A program made the translations under genes and the position numbers. A DNA stretch of 64,000 bases from Naegleria gruberi (lineage: Eukaryota): NCBI GenBank assembly GCA_000004985.1, contig GG738890.1, one strand, 5' to 3'. Under the pieces are notes generated by a model. The model saw nothing but the letters and a program-made list of their open reading frames with translations. It was not told where the DNA came from and did no database searches. This document shows, one piece after another, positions 11,476-18,320 of the stretch (the stretch's first letter is position 1; each line of letters begins with the position of its first letter).

Positions 11476-11593
11476 GGCTACGGCCATATCACGATGAATG
11501 CACCTCATCCCGTCCGATTTGAGAAGTTAAGCATCGTCGAGCCACATCAGTACTGAGGTTGGAGACAACTTGGGAACCTGTGGTGCTGTAGTC
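11476..11593 (+). rRNA. rrn5: 5S ribosomal RNA
   Basis: 118 nt beginning GGCTACGGCCATATCAC. Conserved 5S elements are present: the loop A/box A region, 'CCCGTCCGATTTGAGAAGTTAAGC', and '...GGGAACCTGTGGTGCTGTAGTC'. The 5' and 3' ends form the 9-bp helix I. A T5 run follows as a Pol III terminator. Identical second copy at 24727..24844. Confidence 0.85.
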
Positions 11594-11823
11594 TTTTTCA
11601 TTTTACCTTATGGATTATTTAATTATTTAGATATTGATCTGTATTAGGTTATAAATTCTACATTTGAAAAAAAGCAACATTCAATCCATGAAATCGTCCT
11701 TATAAACAGCCTTATGAAAGCCTTAGTGACAATTTCACTCTTGAGCTTTCGGTTTGTTTCAAGGTGGTTCTTATGTGAAATAACTTTTTCAAAATCCAAC
11801 ATAATGTTTCTATTATTTAACAG

Positions 11824-11998
11824 AGCGAGAAATCATACCAGATGAATCCTCACAGGAAAAAATTGAGAAGGAGGGCAACAACCACTTTGATTATTGACCA
11901 AATTCCATTGGCTAATCATCCTCTGAGTGCAAGGAGGAGAGTTTCCAGATTCACATTTCAGTCTGCATGATCTCTGAAATGTCCTTCAAGGTAAGTAT
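11824..11998 (-). ncRNA. U1: U1 spliceosomal snRNA
   Basis: The minus strand reads ATACTTACCTtgaagg..., the canonical U1 5' end complementary to 5' splice sites. A stem-loop II 'CCTTGCACTCAGAGGATG' (U1A-loop-like UUGCAC) follows. An Sm site AATTTTTTCC precedes a 3' stem-loop (GAGGATTCAT/ATGATTTCTC). The 3' end is approximate. Confidence 0.75.
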
Positions 11999-12284
11999 GA
12001 AGAAAGCAAAGAGTGTAAATTGGAACAAATCTTTTAAACCTTTCAATATGTTTGGTTTTTGAAAACTGAATTATGGTCGTTGTTTGTTGTTTTATGATTT
12101 GAGTTCTTTGATATTGTTGAACATGAAGCAAACACAGAATTGACATAATTACATTGAAAATTAAGTATGATGAGAATTTAACTAGAAGATAATAAAGAAT
12201 GGGTCAAAAAATTATTGAATATTTACATTTTCAGTTTATTTACAATGATTGCCTAGGTTTACAAAATTTTGAGTTTTATGGAGA

Positions 12285-12500
12285 CTACCACTTTTTGAAT
12301 TGTTTGTTTCTCATTTCTAAGGTGTTATGTGATTGAGATTTGAAAGTTTTGCTTGTTTCACTTCCAATAGAATTCAATGTTTTGTAATCAATTAAATTTC
12401 TTCTTCTTGTTCCACCAACAATATTATCCAGAGAAATTTCGGAATTAAATTGTGAAGTATTATTGGAGGAATTATACATATTTCTTCTTGTTGAGACCAT
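12285..12500 (-). CDS. Small basic S/N-rich hypothetical protein (paralog A)
   Basis: 71-aa ORF with A-rich ATG context. It shares the motif NIVGGTRRRNLIDY with the divergently oriented ORF 12728..13027. Confidence 0.3.
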   Translation of the reverse strand: MVSTRRNMYNSSNNTSQFNSEISLDNIVGGTRRRNLIDYKTLNSIGSETSKTFKSQSHNTLEMRNKQFKKW

Positions 12501-12727
12501 TTTCTAATTGTTATTTTGTTATTTTCTTTTGTTGTTGATTTTCATTAAATTTCCTTTCATCAAAATATTAATAGAAAAATTCAAATTCTTGTGATGAGTG
12601 GAAAATCCACCAAAAATTGGAATCACAAAATTAGTGGAAATCATCATGGAAATAAATAGATAATTGATCGGATGATGAAATTTCCACAACAAAACAAAAT
12701 AACAAAATAACAAAAACTAAGAGCAAA

Positions 12728-13027
12728 ATGCCAGCTAGAAATACCTCATCAAATACTTCTTCATCTTCCGAAGGTAGAATTCCAACAAAAACAGAATGGA
12801 CAAGATCTAAACCAATTGATTTATCTAAAAGATTACCATTATTTGATATTGATACTTCAAATATTATAAGTGGAACAAGACATCGTAATAATATTGATTA
12901 TCATCATGCAAATTTAAATGGTAAACAAATTTCAGTGAAAAGATCTTCGAAAAATTCAATTGAAAAGAGAGCTAAACAACAATCGAACACCACTAATAAG
13001 AAGATTACCAAATCGAAAAAGATGTAA
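12728..13027 (+). CDS. Small basic S/N/K-rich hypothetical protein (paralog B)
   Basis: 99-aa ORF with caaaATG context. It contains NIISGTRHRNNIDY, 11 of 13 identical to the motif in ORF 12285..12500. Confidence 0.3.
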   Translation: MPARNTSSNTSSSSEGRIPTKTEWTRSKPIDLSKRLPLFDIDTSNIISGTRHRNNIDYHHANLNGKQISVKRSSKNSIEKRAKQQSNTTNKKITKSKKM

Positions 13028-13379
13028 ATTACAACTTGTAATAAATTCAGTAAATTGTAAATAAAATGTTTGAAATATAGATGAAGTTTCAATTTAGAAT
13101 TGATCAGAATATGAGAAACCAAAATTTGCATCAAGCAATTTAACATGACAAATGTTCAATAAGTATGAGGTTGATCAACCTTTACACTTTCTCCAACAAA
13201 CCTGAACAAACAAGATTCGTCCAAGAACTCTTGAATTCGCTGTTCATGCAGTCAAAGACTGTAGCGGGATTGTCGCCATATTCCTGGCAGGCTTCCCGTC
13301 CATTGCAACCAATAGAATATCATGTTTTTCCCATCTCTCAATATTTACAAATTCTTCAATGCTTGAACATACTGGACAA

Positions 13380-13870
13380 CTAGAAACCGACCTATTGCCC
13401 ACTCACCCAAGAAAATCGTGATTTGAAAGGTTCCTTCATTTTTATTTAATAAGTGAAATGGCCTAATTGACTAAACTTGAAATTAATCAGAATTTTCTTT
13501 GTGATCATGGTGAACTGAATTGAAACAACTGACTCATCTCTGCATTTCTAATAATAATATTAGCGAAACTGGTGCAAAATATGTTGCTGAATTGAAATAA
13601 GTAATTCATTCTTGTTGAACTGAACAAGTTGACCAATCTCAGTATTTGCAACAATAACATTAGTTCCAAGGGAGGTAAATTTATTAATGAGATGAGTCAA
13701 TTATTTTGATATTAGTAGAAATGGTGTTGAATTTCTCAATTTTAATGAACTAGAACAATTGGAGCACCTTAACATTTCTTGGAATTATATTGGTGATGAA
13801 GGCATTTGCTATAAGCAAAATGAAACATTTACTTTTTCTCGGTGTAAGGGTACCTCTATTCTCTTTCGAA
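13380..13870 (+). pseudogene. Decayed RNI-type leucine-rich-repeat gene fragment
   Basis: Translating the plus strand gives LRR units interrupted by stops and frameshifts: 'LTHLCISNNNISETGAKYVAELK*', 'NKLTNLSICNNNISSKGGKFINEMSQLF*', 'EHLNISWNYIGDEGICY'. These match the repeat consensus of the intact LRR gene at 49795..51012 (LTNLDISNNYIGETGVEYVSEM). Confidence 0.45.
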
Positions 13871-13941
13871 TGGAATGTATTATTATAGTAAAATTCCAAA
13901 CAACCTTGAAAATCTAGTAAATTTGGTAAATGTAAAATGGA

Positions 13942-14015
13942 TACAGCGAGCGGGGCTTGAACCCGCGACCTTAAGCGTGTTAGGCTTACGATCTAACCAA
14001 CTGATCTATCGCTGC
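13942..14015 (-). tRNA. tRNA-Val (anticodon AAC)
   Basis: Minus strand GCAGCGA-TA-GATC-AGTTGGTTA-GATC-G-TAAGC-CTAACAC-GCTTA-AGGTC-GCGGG-TTCAAGC-CCCGC-TCGCTGT-A folds as a cloverleaf. The acceptor has a G1-U72 wobble. T-loop TTCAAGC. T-run downstream. Confidence 0.85.
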
Positions 14016-14193
14016 TTACACTCAGTACAATAATTACCTTAATGAAATACGAGTTACAAATGTGGCAAGAAACAAGCTTAGTTGTAAATGTTGTTAGTAG
14101 CCTCTCCAGTTTTACAATCAAATACTAAACAGAGGATGATTCAACACGAAAATCTCAAAATATATTTATTAGTACTTGAAGCAAACCGTTTTT

Positions 14194-15453
14194 TTAACAG
14201 ATCAATAAATTAAGCAAGACGAGCAAAGCAAGTAAAGCAACAGAAACTACATATCTATCAGATTCACTTCTTACATTATATGAAGTATCAGTTGCAATAT
14301 CACTATTGTCATATCTCAATATCATTTCATTATATCTTGATTTTCCAAGGTTAAGTTTGAGTGTACATTGAACACTACTTGATCCCAAAGCGAGAATTGG
14401 TTGTTCACACAACACAGTTCCACTACTGCTGTAGAATGACAACTTTTTAATATCAATACCAGGTGTCACTTCATATTGTCCATTGAAAAGTGTGAATGAA
14501 ATCTTGAACGGAGTATTCTCTGAGATATCTTTTTGTACGGTGATAGTGCCTCTCTCAATAGTAAATGTGGAAAGTGAAAAACTTGGGAGTGGAATATTAG
14601 GAACGTCTTGATCAGCACTCGTTAATGCTGAGAATTTAATAGAATATGGTTTACCAGAACTCATTGTTGGAGTGAATTTGAGAATGGTAGATCCTCCAAC
14701 AATATCATGATAAGTTTGGTAATCTCCAAAAGTGCCACCTTCAAAACTGATTTCACCCTTTTGCAAAGTGTCCAATTCGTTGAACTGATCTAACAATCTG
14801 ACTTCAAAACTAATCTCCTGACCATAGAAGAAATATGGTACGTGCTTCATGGCTAGATTAGTTGGAAAGGCACCAATTGCAAATTTGGTAAATTTTGGCC
14901 TCACACAAGACATTTGAATGTTGAATCTCAATGAAGTACTGGCACGTGTTTGAGCAATCAAATATGCCTTGCCTGGAACTTTTGATGGAAATCGAACACC
15001 TTCGGTAGGATTCGATGTACAGGTAAGAAAATTTGAATTGTAGGACTTCAAGCCATTGAAAGAAAATCCTTGGTTGGCCATGGCCTTATTCTTGTTTTCT
15101 TCATCAACGAGATAGTAGACGAATCCAGTTGTTTGTGAGGTGGATTGAATATTGACTAAACTAATGGAAGGTACTTGATTGGAAATGGAGCAACTTTCCA
15201 TTGACGAAAGGACAACCCAACCATCGGCAGCCTTTGGACAAGCTTGTCCATTGCAGCCACAAGCAGGGCATGTACACTGTTGAACATCTCTTTCTTGAGA
15301 AATTGTTGGTGAGAAAAAAGTTTCATTAGAAACCTGATGAAAGGAAGTTTTTTCAAGTAAATTTGTTGGTACTTGGAAGGAAATTTCAAACTCGTTTGCA
15401 GCAATAATTTGTGCAACTAGCAGCAAAAGAAACGCAAATGTCAACAACTTCAT
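14194..15453 (-). CDS. Secreted/GPI-anchored cysteine-motif hypothetical protein
   Basis: N-terminal signal peptide MKLLTFAFLLLLVAQIIAANE. Cys cluster CTCPACGCNGQACPK. C-terminal hydrophobic tail VVSVALLALLVLLNLLIC. The ORF-track start at 15465 is a TTG. The ATG at 15453 has aaaaaaaATG context. Confidence 0.5.
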   Translation of the reverse strand: MKLLTFAFLLLLVAQIIAANEFEISFQVPTNLLEKTSFHQVSNETFFSPTISQERDVQQCTCPACGCNGQACPKAADGWVVLSSMESCSISNQVPSISLVNIQSTSQTTGFVYYLVDEENKNKAMANQGFSFNGLKSYNSNFLTCTSNPTEGVRFPSKVPGKAYLIAQTRASTSLRFNIQMSCVRPKFTKFAIGAFPTNLAMKHVPYFFYGQEISFEVRLLDQFNELDTLQKGEISFEGGTFGDYQTYHDIVGGSTILKFTPTMSSGKPYSIKFSALTSADQDVPNIPLPSFSLSTFTIERGTITVQKDISENTPFKISFTLFNGQYEVTPGIDIKKLSFYSSSGTVLCEQPILALGSSSVQCTLKLNLGKSRYNEMILRYDNSDIATDTSYNVRSESDRYVVSVALLALLVLLNLLIC

Positions 15454-16111
15454 TTTTTTTAACAAGCACCAATCGTCTAGTTTTTACAAAGGGCAATGAA
15501 TCTCATCAATCTGTCAATTGTTAGGAAAGACGTCAATTACTATTACTGGGACAAATAAAGCTTAATAGAAATACCTTACTATTTTTGTTTTTTTGAAAAG
15601 CACCGAACAGGCAAGTACGTGACTGCTTTGATGTAAAAAAACAAATGGCAAGTAAGTTGAATAACAAATTTAGTGCAACTATTTGATGGCCATCAGTTGT
15701 TTAATTGGTGAGCAACTGACAGGTTGAATTGGTCCTCCAAAAAGTCAAATTATCGATGAAATGTGAATCTCATAAGTTGTTAAACAACCAAAAAAAATTA
15801 AACAACTTGCCATAATGTTCTTGCACTAGCTAATAATATACAAGAGAGAGGCAACTCCTTCAACTTTGATGGTAGTTAACGTAATTCGATGATAAACAAT
15901 GCATGTGCTTCTAGAAATATTTAGTCCACATGCTACAATGGTTATTTTGTCATTGAAATTACTTGTATCAGTCTTGAAGTTCAACAGTTCTCCTTATTCC
16001 TTTTTTTTAAATATATTGATATGCAAAGATTTTGGAACTTGGAATTTAAAGTTAACATTTGCACTAATTAAATTAAATTTAACAAAGAAAAAACAAAACT
16101 AAACTTAAACA

Positions 16112-16675
16112 ATGGGAAACACTAATCGTTGGAAAATGGAAGAACCACAGCACCTGGCACCTGTTGTCACAAATGTTCAACGAAAAAGGGAATTAGGTGG
16201 AGTGATCAACTTGTCAGAATTCAAGGAATTGCCAATGGAAATTCAGCTACATACACTTACCTTTCTTCCAATGCAAAGTTTGACTGATTTATTACTGGTA
16301 TCCAAATTTATGAATGAACAATTATTGAAATATGATGAAATTTATCGAGTTTTTTATTCTGATTTCAGAAAACGTGCGGTGCAAGAAAAACTTGATTGGA
16401 ATACAAGGAGTTATTATCCTTTTAATCACAATTACATACATTATTATCCTCCTATTATACCTGTTTCTCTGCCAACAACAATTATACCAACAACTAGTGT
16501 GATTGAAGAACAATTTGACAGAGATCTACCTCTAAAACTGGAAACTCTTGTAGAGAGTCATCTTTTAGAGAGTGCCTATCAACAATTGAGTTATGTTGCC
16601 AACACACATATTCAAAACAGGATGAATCAAAAAGTGATGATAGAAGAAATGAGTAATATGACCCAATCTGCATAA
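16112..16675 (+). CDS. F-box-like hypothetical protein
   Basis: 187 aa. 'LPMEIQLHTLTFLPMQSLTDLLLVSKFMNEQL' is F-box-like. acaATG start. Confidence 0.4.
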   Translation: MGNTNRWKMEEPQHLAPVVTNVQRKRELGGVINLSEFKELPMEIQLHTLTFLPMQSLTDLLLVSKFMNEQLLKYDEIYRVFYSDFRKRAVQEKLDWNTRSYYPFNHNYIHYYPPIIPVSLPTTIIPTTSVIEEQFDRDLPLKLETLVESHLLESAYQQLSYVANTHIQNRMNQKVMIEEMSNMTQSA

Positions 16676-16730
16676 TAAATAGTCATTCTATCTTATTATT
16701 TAAAAATTTAAAAGAACAGAGTAATGAAAA

Positions 16731-17759
16731 TTACCAATATCTACTTCTTGTCTCCTGTGTGGGCAATACCTTCCTCAACACAAATAATGAATATAGGAAA
16801 GGGAATTCCAATTTTTCAATAGAATCAAACTTGCTACTGAGCTCGAAATATTGAACTCTGCAATCAATCAAATCTATTCCTCCGTACAAGTAGAATTCTG
16901 GTATTATTTCTTCCAAATATTGAGTTATCATACTGTTGGTCACCTTTTTTTCCTTGTCACTCTTCATACCTACCAATCCAAGAAATCGATTCTTATCCAA
17001 TAGATATTCGTATAAATTCTTTTCTGCTTTCACCTTTTCAAAATAACTTATCATTTGTTTACAAATGTTAAATGATTCAATTGAGGAAACATCAAAACAA
17101 TAGAACAAAATGTTACACTGTTGCATTTGTCCTACGTTATATGGCACAAATCGATTTATGCCAGGAATCTTAATTAATTCAAGGTTATAATGTTCCGAGT
17201 AATCAAATCTAGTGGTCAGATAGTTAATTTGATTACTGAATCTTTTTATCCAAGTTGACTTTCCACAAGATCCGTATCCAGCAATTCCAATTTTAGGTTG
17301 TTTTTGTTCTCCCACTACCAACTGTCCACTTTTAATGGCTCCTCTGATTCTAGGAACAAGATTGTCATGAAAATGAACTAGGGCACTATGTACATTCAAT
17401 CTCATTGGTTTCAGTAGGCAATTTGGTTGTTTCCCTCTATTTTCTAACTGATCCTTCCACAAGAGTGGTTGAAATATCCAGTATTTAGCAAAATTCTTAC
17501 TCACTCTCATCAATTTGATAATATCTGAATTTGGCAAATATCTCATCACATTAATGACCAATTCATACGGTAGCATTCTCTCCATCAATGATTGATTATT
17601 TTCATTAAATACATTAGGATCATTTCTATCTAAATATTCACTCTCTTGATCCATTAATTCCAACTCTTCATAATCAATTTCGATCGGAATGATCTTCTCC
17701 AAATTTAAATCATCAAGAATGATTCTATTACTGGAAAGAGTTGTGTGTTGTTGACCCAT
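16731..17759 (-). CDS. F-box domain fused to divergent Ras-superfamily GTPase domain
   Basis: 342 aa. F-box 'LPYELVINVMRYLPNSDIIKLMRVSKNFAKYW'. P-loop 'GIAGYGSCGKST'. The G3 motif reads DVSS instead of DxxGQ and G4 reads MKSD instead of NKxD, so the domain may be catalytically impaired. aaaaaaATG start at 17759. Confidence 0.55.
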   Translation of the reverse strand: MGQQHTTLSSNRIILDDLNLEKIIPIEIDYEELELMDQESEYLDRNDPNVFNENNQSLMERMLPYELVINVMRYLPNSDIIKLMRVSKNFAKYWIFQPLLWKDQLENRGKQPNCLLKPMRLNVHSALVHFHDNLVPRIRGAIKSGQLVVGEQKQPKIGIAGYGSCGKSTWIKRFSNQINYLTTRFDYSEHYNLELIKIPGINRFVPYNVGQMQQCNILFYCFDVSSIESFNICKQMISYFEKVKAEKNLYEYLLDKNRFLGLVGMKSDKEKKVTNSMITQYLEEIIPEFYLYGGIDLIDCRVQYFELSSKFDSIEKLEFPFLYSLFVLRKVLPTQETRSRYW

Positions 17760-18034
17760 TTTTTTAGTGTTGGTTGAGAGATTTGTTATTATTAGAAGAA
17801 GAATTTATATTCTTCTGTTGTGTGGATTAAAATGGTGAGAAGGTTAATTTGAGAGATTCTAATCTTGTTCCATTTTTTTTAATATTTAATTTTATTAAAT
17901 ATTATTTATAAGATTAAAAATGGAAGGATAAACCAAAATGTCTTCATAAGTCTCTTAAAAATACAAGATTCAAGAGGTTTTAGTGGGATTAATGTATTTT
18001 ATGAATTTTAAAGTGGAAGATAGATTAATGTGTC

Positions 18035-18160
18035 GGGGTCTTGGCGCAGTCGGTATTATTAATAGATTTTAGGGTAGGTAACGCTCTCAATCTACCTCAA
18101 CGTCGGTAGCGCGTAGGTCTCATAATCCTAAGGTCGTGAGTTCGATCCTCACAGACCCCA
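18035..18160 (+). tRNA. tRNA-Met(CAU) copy interrupted by a 53-nt insertion in the D-loop
   Basis: Identical to the intact 73-nt tRNA-Met at 36917..36989 and 25622..25694 (minus), except for an insertion at 18055..18107. The insertion is ATTATTAATAGATTTTAGGGTAGGTAACGCTCTCAATCTACCTCAAC plus GTCGGT, which duplicates the 6 nt preceding it. CTTTTG follows the 3' end. Confidence 0.6.
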
Positions 18161-18320
18161 ACTTTTGCCCTTTCTTTTGCTTATTTTGCATCCTATCGAA
18201 CGATCATCACCATAGTTTGATCACCAATATCTTTACAAGCAAAGGGAGCAATTTCTAGCTGGTTTGTTTTGCTTGTGGTTAACGTTGATATTACAGTTGA
18301 GTAACAAACATAAAATAAAA

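Noticed and set aside
11991-11996. Plus-strand GTAAGT in ...CCTTCAAGGTAAGTATGAAG looked like a splice donor of an unannotated gene
   Set aside because: It is the reverse complement of the U1 snRNA 5' end (ATACTTACCT) on the minus strand. No exon is supported on either side.
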